DNA of 64,000 nt from Alphaproteobacteria bacterium. GTDB lineage: Bacteria; Pseudomonadota; Alphaproteobacteria; Rickettsiales; SXRF01. Location of the stretch: NCBI GenBank assembly GCA_039808985.1, contig JBDHUC010000001.1, positions 76,038 through 140,037 on the forward strand, written 5' to 3'. The notes beneath the pieces are model-generated. The model was not told the DNA's origin. It made no database searches and was given only the letters and a program-made list of their open reading frames with translations. How positions within the stretch are numbered: the stretch's first letter is position 1; each line of letters starts with the position of its first letter. This document shows, in pieces, positions 1 to 10,725 of this stretch. The position numbers and the translations under genes were made by a program.

Positions 1-542
1 CTTATGGGATGTGCAGGGAAGCCAGTAAAAACAACCGGCTTGTTATAAATGCTTCTGCCGAGCAATTACCGCTTGCGGATGAAAGCGTGGATTGTGTTTT
101 TTCATCATTGCTTTTGCAATGGACAGAAAAACCAGAGTTGGTGATAGCTGAAATACTCCGTGTACTTAAAATGTCCGGTACAGCCATAATAACAACATTT
201 GTCCATGGCAGCCTGGAAGAATTAAGCGCGGCGTTTGCCAGCGTTGATTCCAACCAGCATATAAGTCAATTCATTGAGTCTAACCAGCTATTATTTAAAA
301 TAGCCCATATAGGCGGGTTCACACTTAAGGTTTCTGAAAAAAGATATGTTGAGTCATTTGACGATATGCGCTCACTTATGAACTCTATAAAGAATATTGG
401 CGCTGCTAACAAGCTGTCTTCCAGACGTAAAGGGATGATGACGCCTGCGCAATTCAAGAAGATCGAAAATTCGTATAAAAAAGAAAAAGGCAAATATCAG
501 CTTGGCTGGAATGTTATTACTGTTGTTATTGGAAAGTTATAA
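1..542 (+). CDS. bioC: malonyl-ACP O-methyltransferase BioC (5'-partial)
   Basis: SAM-methyltransferase motifs (AEQLPLADESVDCVFSSLLLQW, SIKNIGA); directly upstream of bioD; frame open at window edge. Confidence 0.8.
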   Translation, partial: YGMCREASKNNRLVINASAEQLPLADESVDCVFSSLLLQWTEKPELVIAEILRVLKMSGTAIITTFVHGSLEELSAAFASVDSNQHISQFIESNQLLFKIAHIGGFTLKVSEKRYVESFDDMRSLMNSIKNIGAANKLSSRRKGMMTPAQFKKIENSYKKEKGKYQLGWNVITVVIGKL

Positions 543-1232
543 ATGCAGAAATTTTTTATAACATCTACAGGAACAGGAATAGGGAAAACATTAGTCACGA
601 CCACTCTTTGCTACCAATTGCAAAAAAATGGGAGGCAGGTGGCTGCAATAAAGCCGGTTATAAGCGGCTATGATGCCAGTGATACGGCCAGCGATACAGC
701 GCTCATACTTGCGAGCCTGGGAGCCGAAGTAACAGCAGAAAATGTTGAAAAAATCTCCCCGTGGCGATTTTCCAGGCCACTTTCGCCAGATATGGCCGCT
801 GCCATTGAGGGTAAAAAAATAGATCTTGGCGAAGTTGTTGCATTTTTTAAAAACTGTGAAAAACAGGATGCAGATATATTGATAGCAGAAGGAGCAGGAG
901 GGGTTTGCGTACCCCTTAATGAAAAGAGCACCATGCTCGATCTGATGGCTGAGATTGATTTTAAGATAATATTAGTTGCCGGAAGCTATTTAGGTTCAAT
1001 AAGCCATACGCTTACAGCTTTAAACGCATTGTCGGCACGTGGAATTGCTGTGCATGCGCTCATAATAAACGAGTCGGAAAATAATAATGTCGGTATTGCC
1101 CAAACCCAGGGAACCATTATGAATTTTATCCCTGAAAAAACATTGGTTGTTACTTTGGAACGACTGGCAAAAATGAATGGCAACAATAAGCTCTGGGAAA
1201 ATATGCCGGATATAAGTAAGATATGCTCATGA
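543..1232 (+). CDS. bioD: dethiobiotin synthase
   Basis: TGTGIGKT P-loop, KPVISG, EGAGG, LGSISHT. Confidence 0.95.
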   Translation: MQKFFITSTGTGIGKTLVTTTLCYQLQKNGRQVAAIKPVISGYDASDTASDTALILASLGAEVTAENVEKISPWRFSRPLSPDMAAAIEGKKIDLGEVVAFFKNCEKQDADILIAEGAGGVCVPLNEKSTMLDLMAEIDFKIILVAGSYLGSISHTLTALNALSARGIAVHALIINESENNNVGIAQTQGTIMNFIPEKTLVVTLERLAKMNGNNKLWENMPDISKICS

Positions 1233-1912
1233 ATAAAGAAAAATCATCAAAAACAGAAGAAAAAGAAATAAAGAAGATAAAGGATATGCTTCCTTTTGAC
1301 CCCTTAAAGCTGCTTGGACTTCGTCCAAAAAAAATTGATGAAAGATACAAAAAATATGCAAGCCTCAATCGCAGGATAATAGCTGCTTCCATTGATTCGG
1401 TTATTGCTTCCTTTACATTAGAGCCATTTACCGTGTGGTTTATGCGGAAATTTTATCATATGCAGGATATTGCCCCGTCAACTATTGCCAAGGCATTGGA
1501 AAATGATAATACCGCATTTTCTGAGCTATTCAAACTTCTTGTGGAATCCGGTAAAATTCAAGAGTTCAGTATAGAAATATTATTATATCTCCTGGCAAAC
1601 GCCATATGCTGGAAATTATGGTCGGCAACGCCCGGAAAATTGCTGTTAGGAATAAGGATTGTCGATGTTAAGACAGACAAACCAATAAGTGACAGGCAGA
1701 TAATTTTAAGGTTGCTTGGCTATATACCGGCATGCGGATTTTTCTTTTTAGGTATCTTATGGATTGGGTTTAACAAGCGCCGTCAGGGCTGGCATGATTT
1801 GATTGCTGGAACTGCTGTAATAGTAGCTAACAAAGCCAGTAAAAATGTTATTGAGCCAGACCAGGAAGAATATGTGAGCAAGTCTGTAGAAGTATCGGCG
1901 GCAGCTAGCTGA
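1223..1912 (+). CDS. RDD family membrane protein
   Basis: YASLNRRIIAASID, TPGKLLLGIRIV, QGWHDLIAGT motifs. Confidence 0.85.
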   Translation: MLMNKEKSSKTEEKEIKKIKDMLPFDPLKLLGLRPKKIDERYKKYASLNRRIIAASIDSVIASFTLEPFTVWFMRKFYHMQDIAPSTIAKALENDNTAFSELFKLLVESGKIQEFSIEILLYLLANAICWKLWSATPGKLLLGIRIVDVKTDKPISDRQIILRLLGYIPACGFFFLGILWIGFNKRRQGWHDLIAGTAVIVANKASKNVIEPDQEEYVSKSVEVSAAAS

Positions 1913-1917
1913 TATAT

Positions 1918-2925
1918 TTAATATGCGCGATTTGCACAGAAATCCACAAGGTCAAATAATGCAGTACGCGAAAGCGAAGGAGGGAACGACATTAGCTCCT
2001 GACGTGCTTTTTCACAATATTCACCTGCCATTTTGATTGTTTTTTCAATGGCATCATGTTTTTCCAGAAGCGATATAGCTTGCGTAAGATCCTCATTGCA
2101 CTGGTTCAAATCACTAAGGGTGCGTGTCCAGAAGCTTTTTTCTTCCTTGCTGCCTGCTTCATAGGCAAGTATCACCGGCAAAGTTACTTTGCCTTCACGG
2201 AAATCATCCCCGATTGCTTTGCCCAGGCTTTTTTCATCAGCCACATAATCAAGGGCATCATCAATTAGCTGGAAGGCATTTCCTATTCCCATACCGAAAT
2301 TACGAAGCTTATCCTCATATTCCGGTTTTTCAGAAACTACCGCCCCCAATTGGCAGGCCGAAGCAAACAGCACCGCAGTTTTTGCAGATACCACATCAAG
2401 GTAGCTTTGAATTGTGGTTTGCGGTTCACCTTCCGTCATAAGCTGCATAACCTCGCCTTTTGCAATGATTGCCGAGGCGTCTGAGAGTATTTTTAAAACT
2501 TTAAGCGAGCCATCGGAAACCATAAACTGGAAAGCCTGGCTTAATAAAAAATCTCCAACAAGAACACTGGCCTTGTTGCCAAAAAGCTCATTTGCAGTAG
2601 GCAGGCCGCGCCTTAGCTTGCTTTCGTCAACTACGTCATCATGCAGTAATGTTGCTGTGTGGATAAACTCAACAGCAGCGGCCAGTGGAATATGGCGGTT
2701 TCCGCTATAATTGCATAATTGGGAGCAGATAAGCGTCAGGGCAGGGCGAATCCTCTTGCCGCCTGAAGAAACTATATGAGTTATAATATCACTTATAAGT
2801 GGGATTTCATTCTTAACACGCTCTAAAATAACATTATTAACCAATTTCAAATCATCACCTATAAGCGCATTCATTGAATCTAATGAAGCTGGCTTAGTGG
2901 CTGTAATGGTAGCGTTTTTTTTCAT
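1918..2925 (-). CDS. ispB: polyprenyl (octa/decaprenyl) diphosphate synthase
   Basis: GGKRIRP, LLHDDVVD, FQLIDDALD, GDDFREGK; start moved to MKKNA. Confidence 0.92.
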   Translation of the reverse strand: MKKNATITATKPASLDSMNALIGDDLKLVNNVILERVKNEIPLISDIITHIVSSGGKRIRPALTLICSQLCNYSGNRHIPLAAAVEFIHTATLLHDDVVDESKLRRGLPTANELFGNKASVLVGDFLLSQAFQFMVSDGSLKVLKILSDASAIIAKGEVMQLMTEGEPQTTIQSYLDVVSAKTAVLFASACQLGAVVSEKPEYEDKLRNFGMGIGNAFQLIDDALDYVADEKSLGKAIGDDFREGKVTLPVILAYEAGSKEEKSFWTRTLSDLNQCNEDLTQAISLLEKHDAIEKTIKMAGEYCEKARQELMSFPPSLSRTALFDLVDFCANRAY

Positions 2926-2932
2926 ATTCTTA

Positions 2933-2970
2933 ATATTTAAGCCATTTTTTTTATATTTAAGCCATTTTTT
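2933..2970. repeat. 18-bp direct repeat (atatttaagccatttttt x2, period 20) upstream of ispB
   Basis: seen directly. Confidence 0.8.
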
Positions 2971-3184
2971 CTGAAAAACCAAAGGAAATATTTATTATTA
3001 ATAATTTCTATACCAGTCTTATAGTATTCTGCCATCTTGCCTTGGTATAAACAAAATATATATAATTTCCATCATTTTAATGCATATATGCCAATGTTTT
3101 TGTTTTGTTGGTTTTTCTTGTGGTAATTGTTAATGATTTTTGATTATATTAAAGATGAATTATATCGTTAAGTATAGAGATACA

Positions 3185-3925
3185 ATGGAAAATAACGAAC
3201 AGACCGCAGAAGATTACATCGAGATAGCCGATAAAATCCGTAGTGGAGAATATTTCCGCGATGCAAGGGCAATGTATGATATTGATGTTCATGCCCCAAT
3301 GTCAGACCGTTACTGGTATTTATTCATTACATTAATTGCTTTGGTTATTACCGTAGTTGCGATAGTGGCATGGCTGGGTTTTTTCCCGCTTAATAACCGG
3401 GTTCCTTTTATTTTTGCCACTAATAATATCATTGATGATTACCCAAGGGTCAGGTCGCTGCTTAATTACCGTGGGGAAAATCCTAACACTGCCCTGCAAC
3501 GCTATCTGGCACGCAATTATGTAAGGATTCGCGAGGAATATGACGCTTCATTGTTTGATCGCAGCCATAACGCAGTTTTAAGCTTAAGCACAAAAGATGT
3601 AGCGCAGGAATATGAAAAAGACGTTTCTCCCCTTAATCCTGAAAGTCCTATTACCTTGTACCAGCGCCATACTGTGCGGCAAATCAATATTTTGAACTCG
3701 CAGCCTGTTGAGGATGAAACCAAGAAAAAAGTAAATGGCATCAAGGAATATCGTATGCTAATTACATTTGAGGACAGGCTAATAAGCGGTGAGCAGGAAA
3801 ATCCGCATGGCCGCTATCAAGTAGATATTGCTTTTATGTATAAAGATATTAAGTTAGACACAATTACAAACAAGATAGAGCCGTACGGTTTTATTGTAAC
3901 ATCCTACCACATTAAGAGTTTATAG
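3185..3925 (+). CDS. virB8: type IV secretion system VirB8 family protein (RvhB8-like)
   Basis: single N-terminal TM, YVRIREEY, C-terminal EPYGFIVTSY; adjacent to virB9; start uncertain (3140-3185). Confidence 0.85.
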   Translation: MENNEQTAEDYIEIADKIRSGEYFRDARAMYDIDVHAPMSDRYWYLFITLIALVITVVAIVAWLGFFPLNNRVPFIFATNNIIDDYPRVRSLLNYRGENPNTALQRYLARNYVRIREEYDASLFDRSHNAVLSLSTKDVAQEYEKDVSPLNPESPITLYQRHTVRQINILNSQPVEDETKKKVNGIKEYRMLITFEDRLISGEQENPHGRYQVDIAFMYKDIKLDTITNKIEPYGFIVTSYHIKSL

Positions 3926-3937
3926 GGCGTATTTTAT

Positions 3938-4717
3938 ATGAAATTTTTGAATATAGATGTTAAAATCCTGGCCGTTTCCCTGGTACTTGCGCTTTCGTTC
4001 CTATCTCGAAATGAAGCTCTGGCTGCCAGTGATTCACGCTCCCTGCCGGTTGATCACCGTGTACATGTTATCTCTTACCAGCCAGATCAGGTATACAGGA
4101 TGGATGGGCATTACCGCTACCAGTCGGCTATCGAATTTGAAAAAGATGAAGAAATACGCACAATCTCAATGGGTGATTCCAGCGCGTGGATGATTAACCC
4201 ATCGGGCAACCGCTTGTTTTTAAAGCCTATTGAGCAGGATGCCACGACAAATATGACGGTTCTTACCAATAAAAGGGTATATTTATTTGAATTACATGGC
4301 CATGAAGCATCAGATATAAATGATTCCAACATGGTATTTATCATGCGTTTTATTTATAACGACAAAGCAGATGCTCTTGGACGCACTGATCTTGATGGTG
4401 TTCCTGATCCTGACAGTGAAGCTGATAAAGCGAAATTCAACTATAACTACACTATTTCTGGTAGTGATGCTGTTGCTCCGCTGCGCATATTTGATGATGG
4501 CGAGTTCACATACTTCCAGTTCCCGAATAAGAATGCTGATGTGCCTGCGTTCTTCTGGGTTGATAGTGATAATAATGAGAATGTTATCAACTACCGGACC
4601 CGAGGCGATTATATCGTTGTGGAAAGGGTAGCCGTAAGATTCACACTTCGCCATGGCGGTGATGTGGTCTGCGTATTTAATGAAAAGAGATTGGCTGAAA
4701 CTAAAAATAAAAATTAA
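3938..4717 (+). CDS. virB9: type IV secretion system VirB9 family protein
   Basis: signal peptide, NRLFLKP, TNMTVLTNKRVY, FDDGEFTYFQF. Confidence 0.92.
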   Translation: MKFLNIDVKILAVSLVLALSFLSRNEALAASDSRSLPVDHRVHVISYQPDQVYRMDGHYRYQSAIEFEKDEEIRTISMGDSSAWMINPSGNRLFLKPIEQDATTNMTVLTNKRVYLFELHGHEASDINDSNMVFIMRFIYNDKADALGRTDLDGVPDPDSEADKAKFNYNYTISGSDAVAPLRIFDDGEFTYFQFPNKNADVPAFFWVDSDNNENVINYRTRGDYIVVERVAVRFTLRHGGDVVCVFNEKRLAETKNKN

Positions 4718-4739
4718 TGCCAACAGTCAGTGAATACTA

Positions 4740-5744
4740 ATGCAAAACAACTATCGTGTAGGCGTAATCGGCGGTGGTGCATGGGGTACGGCCTTAAGCA
4801 TCATCGCTAACCGCGCCGGAAGCCAGGTAACGCTTGGCACACGTAATAGTAATGTAATTGCGTCAATCAGCAATAAGCGCGCTAACGATATATACCTGCC
4901 AAACATATTTATTGACCCCAATATACTTGTTACTGACCAGTTTAAAGACGTATGCCGCAGCGATGTGGTTGTGCTGGCCATGCCATCTTACTGCCTGCGC
5001 ACAATGTGTATTTCCATATCTGACATGTTGCCACCTGAAGTTATAATACTGGTAGCAAGCAAAGGGATAGAGCGCGGCAGCCTTATGTTCATGAGCGAGG
5101 TGGTGAAATCAATATTACCACATAATCCAGTTGCAATAATTTCCGGACCTAATTTTGCCGATGAGGCAGCAAAAGGTCAGCCTACAGCTACTACAATAGC
5201 ATGTGACGATACAGATTTGTGGGATACATTGATGTATGCAATAGGTGGTCGCTTATTCCGCCCATACATGACTCAGGATATAATAGGAACACAGATTGGT
5301 GGTGTCGTAAAAAATGTAATTGCCATAGCATGTGGTATAGCCATGGGAAAGAATCTCGGAGAGAATGCCAGGGCTGCGCTTGTAACCCGTGGTTTTGCTG
5401 AAATGAGCAGATTCACCCTGGCCAATGGTGGAAAATATGAAACATTAATGGGGCTTTCCGGCCTTGGCGATCTTATACTTACCTGCGGCAGCCCTAAATC
5501 GCGCAACATGTCGTTTGGCATGGCAATAGGACAGGGAAAAGCCAAGGATGAATTGCTTACCAGCCGCGGCAGGACAGCGCTTGAGGGCGTTATTTCATCG
5601 GAATCCGTATCAAAGCTGGCAAGGAAATTTAATGTATCCATGCCTATATGTGAGGCGGTTTCACATATAATCCATGACAACGTACCGGTTGATAAGGTTA
5701 TAGAAACCCTTTTAGAACGCCCGTTTGTAAGCGAAACTATTTAA
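4740..5744 (+). CDS. gpsA: NAD(P)H-dependent glycerol-3-phosphate dehydrogenase
   Basis: GGGAWGTAL, SKGIE, SGPNFA, KNVIAIACG, GLGDLILTC. Confidence 0.95.
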   Translation: MQNNYRVGVIGGGAWGTALSIIANRAGSQVTLGTRNSNVIASISNKRANDIYLPNIFIDPNILVTDQFKDVCRSDVVVLAMPSYCLRTMCISISDMLPPEVIILVASKGIERGSLMFMSEVVKSILPHNPVAIISGPNFADEAAKGQPTATTIACDDTDLWDTLMYAIGGRLFRPYMTQDIIGTQIGGVVKNVIAIACGIAMGKNLGENARAALVTRGFAEMSRFTLANGGKYETLMGLSGLGDLILTCGSPKSRNMSFGMAIGQGKAKDELLTSRGRTALEGVISSESVSKLARKFNVSMPICEAVSHIIHDNVPVDKVIETLLERPFVSETI

Positions 5745-5768
5745 AATACATGAAATTTATCCTATAAT

Positions 5769-6746
5769 ATGCCCATGAATAATTTAGCCGCTAAACATAT
5801 AGATTTTGAAGCTGAAATTAATCGCCTGAAACGCGAGATGAATGCGGTTATGCTTGCGCATTATTACCAGGAAGATGAAATCCAGGATATTGCAGATTTC
5901 GTAGGAGATTCGCTGGAGCTTGCACGCAAGGCCGCAGCTACCAATGCTGATGTTATAGTTTTCTGCGGTGTGCGTTTTATGGCTGAAGGAGCAAAAATAT
6001 TAAATCCTGATAAGCTGGTGCTGATACCTGACATGAAAGCCGGATGTTCACTTGAAGATTCATGTCCGCCAAAAGAATTTTCGGCATTCAAAGCCCAGCA
6101 TCCTGACCATATGGTAATTACTTATATCAACTGCTCAGCAGAAATTAAGGCATTGTCTGATATTATAGTAACGTCAAGCAACGCGGAAATGATAATAAAC
6201 CAGCTTCCCAAAGATCAGAAAATAATATTTGCCCCGGATAAATATCTTGGCGCTTATCTTAATAAAAAAACCGGTCGGGATATGTTGCTATGGAATGGGA
6301 CATGCATGGTGCATGAGCGTTTTTCCGAGCAGGAGCTTATAAAATTAAAAACTCTCCATCCCCAAGCGCATGTTATAGCCCATCCCGAATGCCCGGAAAC
6401 ATTGTTGCGCTATGCTGAGCATGTTGGCTCCACCTCATCGCTTCTGCGTTACACCCAGGAGCATGCCGGGCAAAGTTTTATTGTACTTACTGAAATGGGT
6501 ATATTGCACCAGATGAAAAAGCTCTCGCCAGGCAGCATTTTTTATGATGTGCCAAGCGTAAGCAACGAATCGGCAGGAGCTTGTGTTTCCTGCAATGAAT
6601 GCCCTTATATGAAGCTGAACAGCCTGGAGAAAATATATAACTGCATGATCAATCGTTCGCCGTCATTGGAATTATCGCCTGATCTTATAGAGCGCGCCAA
6701 AAAACCGCTTGTGCGGATGCTGGAAATGAGCAAGCCGACTAAATAG
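5769..6746 (+). CDS. nadA: quinolinate synthase
   Basis: AHYYQ, VGDSLEL, FCGVRFMAE, HPECP, CNECPYMK. Confidence 0.95.
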   Translation: MPMNNLAAKHIDFEAEINRLKREMNAVMLAHYYQEDEIQDIADFVGDSLELARKAAATNADVIVFCGVRFMAEGAKILNPDKLVLIPDMKAGCSLEDSCPPKEFSAFKAQHPDHMVITYINCSAEIKALSDIIVTSSNAEMIINQLPKDQKIIFAPDKYLGAYLNKKTGRDMLLWNGTCMVHERFSEQELIKLKTLHPQAHVIAHPECPETLLRYAEHVGSTSSLLRYTQEHAGQSFIVLTEMGILHQMKKLSPGSIFYDVPSVSNESAGACVSCNECPYMKLNSLEKIYNCMINRSPSLELSPDLIERAKKPLVRMLEMSKPTK

Positions 6747-6767
6747 TAGAACATCAGGCCACATGGC

Positions 6768-7220
6768 TCAGAATTTTTGACGGGTATTTGATTTACCCGA
6801 AGGAACTGCGGGGCGAACCTGTGGAACTGGCTCCTGCTCTATATACATTTTATCCCATGGGTAAAGTATGAACCGGGGCGGGCGCTTACGATTTGGATAA
6901 TACTCAATATATTGCTTGCTTGCATTTTTGTAGTTATACAGGCTGTTACGCATCATAACGATGCAGGCTTCACGGTTATTTATAATATGTTCCGATTGAG
7001 GGACTATCCAGTATGAGGTTCCGTTTGGATAAAGGCTGCTATAGTAATCATTTATAGACTCCATATACTCCTTTGGCCCTTGCCCTATAGTATTTTCGCA
7101 GGATTTTGAGGTGCTATATACGTTAGAAATGCTTTTGGTGAAATTTCCTATAACGGTATCTTCAGCGTAGCTGGCTGTTGGAAGAAATATAAGGATGACA
7201 CTTAATCTAGTAATCTTCAT
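6768..7220 (-). CDS. hypothetical secreted protein
   Basis: signal-peptide-like N-terminus ending ASYA; fills intergenic gap. Confidence 0.6.
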   Translation of the reverse strand: MKITRLSVILIFLPTASYAEDTVIGNFTKSISNVYSTSKSCENTIGQGPKEYMESINDYYSSLYPNGTSYWIVPQSEHIINNREACIVMMRNSLYNYKNASKQYIEYYPNRKRPPRFILYPWDKMYIEQEPVPQVRPAVPSGKSNTRQKF

Positions 7221-7257
7221 GCTTTTCCATTATACAATCATGTTCCAGGTTTATATT

Positions 7258-8406
7258 CTAGGTTTGAAGCAGTTCCAGATACACCCTTATGGTTTGCTCG
7301 CACATTTTTTCTAGCGAAAATAGCTGGGCATTAGCTATTGAATCGCGCTCTACCTGCTGCTGCAAGTCTAATGGCATGGAAAGAACCTCGTTAATGGCTG
7401 TAGAAAGGGCATCAACATCATTAGGCTCTATAAGCAGTCCGGTTTCCTTATCAATTACAGTTTCCTGAGGGCCGCCATGGTTAGTGGTTATTACAGGCTT
7501 GCCCATTGCCTGTGCTTCCAGAACTACGCGCCCGAAAGCTTCAGGCTGCACAGATGTTGCCACTACCAGCTTAGAAAGCATATAAGCCTCGGTTATGTAA
7601 TGCGTGTGTTTGGCAATGCGTACATGACCGGAAAGCCCAAGATCCACTATCAGTTTTTCTATTTCCTGGCGGTAGGCTTCGTGCCCCTTATCATCGCCCA
7701 GCAAAACTGCGAAGAAGTTTCGGTGCGGAAGCTGCGCTAAAGCTTTTATAAACACTTCCTGTCCCTTCCAGCGGGCGAACCTGCCAGGAAAAAGTATAAG
7801 CGGGAATTCTTCAGGAAGCCTCCATTCCTTTGACAGCTCTATCATATGCTGGGTGGAATGACGTTGTGGGCTGAACAAGCTTAGGTCAACCCCGCGATGA
7901 ATTATGCGTAGCTTCTGCGGGTCTATCTCATAATTTTCAAGGATATGGTTGGCAATAAAATGCGAAATGGCGATAACCCTTTCGCCGCGTGTCATTATGC
8001 TGTTATATTCCCTTTTATATTTATTTTGCAGGCCATATGTGCCATGAAAAGTCGTTATGAAATGGCATCCGGTTTTTTGCGCTGCAAGCCATGAACTCCA
8101 TGCGGGGGCGCGTGAACGGGCGTGAATTATGTCAACTTCATATTTTCGTATGACACGCGCAAGGCGCAGGGAATTTATCCAGATTGTAACGGGGTTCTTT
8201 GTGGCAAGTGGTAAGGTGATATGCTCGGCGCCTATTTTTTGAAGCTGGTTTACCATCGGCCCACCGCTGGAAGCGACCAGTGATTTTCCACCGGCCTGCA
8301 CGATGGCACGCGCTATTTCTATCGTTCCGCGCTCAACACCCCCGCTGCGCAACTCTGGTAAAATCTGCAATATAACCGGTGGCTTGTAATTCATAACTTT
8401 GTTCAT
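7258..8406 (-). CDS. glycosyltransferase family 4
   Basis: GGVERG, HARSRAPAW, EAFGRVVLEAQAMG. Confidence 0.92.
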   Translation of the reverse strand: MNKVMNYKPPVILQILPELRSGGVERGTIEIARAIVQAGGKSLVASSGGPMVNQLQKIGAEHITLPLATKNPVTIWINSLRLARVIRKYEVDIIHARSRAPAWSSWLAAQKTGCHFITTFHGTYGLQNKYKREYNSIMTRGERVIAISHFIANHILENYEIDPQKLRIIHRGVDLSLFSPQRHSTQHMIELSKEWRLPEEFPLILFPGRFARWKGQEVFIKALAQLPHRNFFAVLLGDDKGHEAYRQEIEKLIVDLGLSGHVRIAKHTHYITEAYMLSKLVVATSVQPEAFGRVVLEAQAMGKPVITTNHGGPQETVIDKETGLLIEPNDVDALSTAINEVLSMPLDLQQQVERDSIANAQLFSLEKMCEQTIRVYLELLQT

Positions 8407-8468
8407 TAGAATTTTAATAACTGTTCAATCGCATACAATATTGGCATACAACATAGAAATAATAATTT

Positions 8469-9215
8469 ATGCAACATTCTTTTCTTGAATCAGACAATAA
8501 TAATCGCATTGCTTATATTTTAAACGATGGAAAAGCGCCATTCGTTATTTTCTTCGGCGGCTTCAAATCGGATATGACCGGCACCAAGGCAGTTGCCCTG
8601 GAAAAATATTGCAAAGAGCAGGGGCAGGGCTTCATACGTTTTGATTATAGTGGGCACGGGCAGTCATCCGGCCTGTTTAAGGAAGGAACAATTGGGACAT
8701 GGAAAAACGATGCGCTGGCAATAATAGATAATCTGGGGGCAGATAAAAATATATTCGTTGGCTCCAGCATGGGGGCGTGGATAGCAATGCTCTGCGCCTT
8801 GGAAAGGCCAAAAAAAATACATGGGCTGGTTGGCGTGGCCAGTGCGCCGGATTTCACAGAAAAACTAATATGGGAAAAATTAAATGACGCGCAGAAGGCA
8901 GAGCTACATAAAAACGGTGTGTATTATGCTCCGTCATGTTATGGCGAAGAGCCATACCCGATAATGATGACGCTGATAAAATCGGCACGAAACCACCTGC
9001 TTCTGGATAAAGAGATAGAAATAGATGTTCCGGTGCGCCTGCTCCATGGAACGGATGATGAGGATGTCCCATGGCAGGTTTCAGCGCAGATTATGGAAAA
9101 AATAACCTCTAAAAATGCAATGCTTACCCTTATTAAGGGCGGCAACCACAGATTGTCCGAACCCAGCCAGCTAAATATGCTGTGTGAGGCTGTAAAAACC
9201 CTTTGCAAGACCTGA
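8469..9215 (+). CDS. alpha/beta hydrolase
   Basis: GFKSDMTGTKA, GSSMG nucleophile elbow, GNHRLS. Confidence 0.9.
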   Translation: MQHSFLESDNNNRIAYILNDGKAPFVIFFGGFKSDMTGTKAVALEKYCKEQGQGFIRFDYSGHGQSSGLFKEGTIGTWKNDALAIIDNLGADKNIFVGSSMGAWIAMLCALERPKKIHGLVGVASAPDFTEKLIWEKLNDAQKAELHKNGVYYAPSCYGEEPYPIMMTLIKSARNHLLLDKEIEIDVPVRLLHGTDDEDVPWQVSAQIMEKITSKNAMLTLIKGGNHRLSEPSQLNMLCEAVKTLCKT

Positions 9216-9263
9216 AAAAATCGTTAGAAATAGCGCATCAAAAACTTCTCAGGGAAATATCCT

Positions 9264-10427
9264 ATGAAACCTTCTGCAAAGCCCCAAAATCCTTGTTTTT
9301 CCTCTGGCCCATGCGCAAAGCGTCCGGGATGGTCGCTGGATGCGTTGAAAGACGCTGCCCTTGGCCGTTCACACCGCGCAAAGCTTGGTAAAAACAAGCT
9401 TGCAGAAGTAATTGACCGCAGCAAGAAAATTCTTGGTATACCGGATAATTACCTGCTGGGTATTGTTCCTGCGTCCGACACCGGGGCTATCGAAATGGCG
9501 CTTTGGTCTTTGCTGGGGGCGCGTGGGGTTGATGTTTTAGCGTGGGAAAGCTTTGGCTCCGGTTGGGGCGCAGATTGCAAAAACCAGTTAAAACTCACCG
9601 ACCTCAATATTTACAAAGCTGACTACGGTAAAATTGCCGATCTAAGCAAGGTAGACTGGAAGCGTGATGTGGTATTCACATGGAACGGGACAACATCAGG
9701 GGTGCGCGTGGCTGGTGGCGACTGGATTCCTGCGAACCGCGAAGGGCTTGCAATATGTGATGCGACTTCAGCGGTATTTGCCATGGATATGCCATGGGAC
9801 AAGCTGGATGTGGTCACATGGTCGTGGCAAAAGGTATTGGGCGGTGAAGCGGCGCACGGAATGATTGCCCTGTCACCGCGTGCGGTAGAACGCCTGCAAA
9901 GCTATACTCCTTCATGGCCTCTGCCAAAAATCTTCCAGATGACCAAAGGTGGCAAGCTGATTGAAGGCATATTTAAAGGAGAAACCATCAATACCCCTTC
10001 CATGCTTTGCGTTGAAGACGCGTTGGATGGGCTTAAATGGAGCGAATCTGTTGGTGGTATTTCAGGGCTTATCAAACGTTCGGAAGCCAATCTTGCCGCA
10101 ATTGCTGCGTGGGTTTCCAAATCCAACTGGGCGGCTTTCCTTGCTGAAGATACAAAAACCATTTCCTGCACTTCAATATGCCTGAAAATAACCGACCCGT
10201 GGTTTACCGGTTTAAGCGCTGAAGCGCAGGCGGAAGCTGCCAAAAAAATAGCTTCTACCCTGGAAAAAGAAGGTGTGGCTTATGACATCGGAGCATACCG
10301 CGATGCTCCTGCCGGGCTTCGTATCTGGGGCGGGGCTACTGTTGAAACTTCAGATATTGAAAAACTGCTGCCATGGCTCGACTGGGCATATGCGGAAGTG
10401 AAAAACAGTGAGGCGAAAGCTGCTTAA
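9264..10427 (+). CDS. serC: phosphoserine aminotransferase
   Basis: [28 protein letters not shown]. Confidence 0.93.
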   Translation: MKPSAKPQNPCFSSGPCAKRPGWSLDALKDAALGRSHRAKLGKNKLAEVIDRSKKILGIPDNYLLGIVPASDTGAIEMALWSLLGARGVDVLAWESFGSGWGADCKNQLKLTDLNIYKADYGKIADLSKVDWKRDVVFTWNGTTSGVRVAGGDWIPANREGLAICDATSAVFAMDMPWDKLDVVTWSWQKVLGGEAAHGMIALSPRAVERLQSYTPSWPLPKIFQMTKGGKLIEGIFKGETINTPSMLCVEDALDGLKWSESVGGISGLIKRSEANLAAIAAWVSKSNWAAFLAEDTKTISCTSICLKITDPWFTGLSAEAQAEAAKKIASTLEKEGVAYDIGAYRDAPAGLRIWGGATVETSDIEKLLPWLDWAYAEVKNSEAKAA

Positions 10428-10431
10428 TATT

Positions 10432-10725
10432 ATGATGCAGTTAAATTATCAATTCATTGAAAAGATAAAATCCCTACCATTCGTTGATAGTGTTTATCTT
10501 TTTGGTTCGCGCGCCCGCGGTGATAATCGTCCACGTTCAGATATTGATTTGGCTATCAAGGTTTCTGAGGAGAATGCTTATAACTGGAATAGTATTATGG
10601 AAATAATCGAAAATGCTGATACTCTATTGGAAATTGATTGTGTGGATTTGAATAATGCTGATGAAAAACTAAAGGGTCGTATATTAACTCAGGGAAAGCT
10701 TCTTTATGAACGAAATCCACAGTGA
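10432..10725 (+). CDS. minimal nucleotidyltransferase (MNT) antitoxin
   Basis: FGSRARGDNRPRSDIDL (GS-x10-DxD). Confidence 0.9.
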   Translation: MMQLNYQFIEKIKSLPFVDSVYLFGSRARGDNRPRSDIDLAIKVSEENAYNWNSIMEIIENADTLLEIDCVDLNNADEKLKGRILTQGKLLYERNPQ

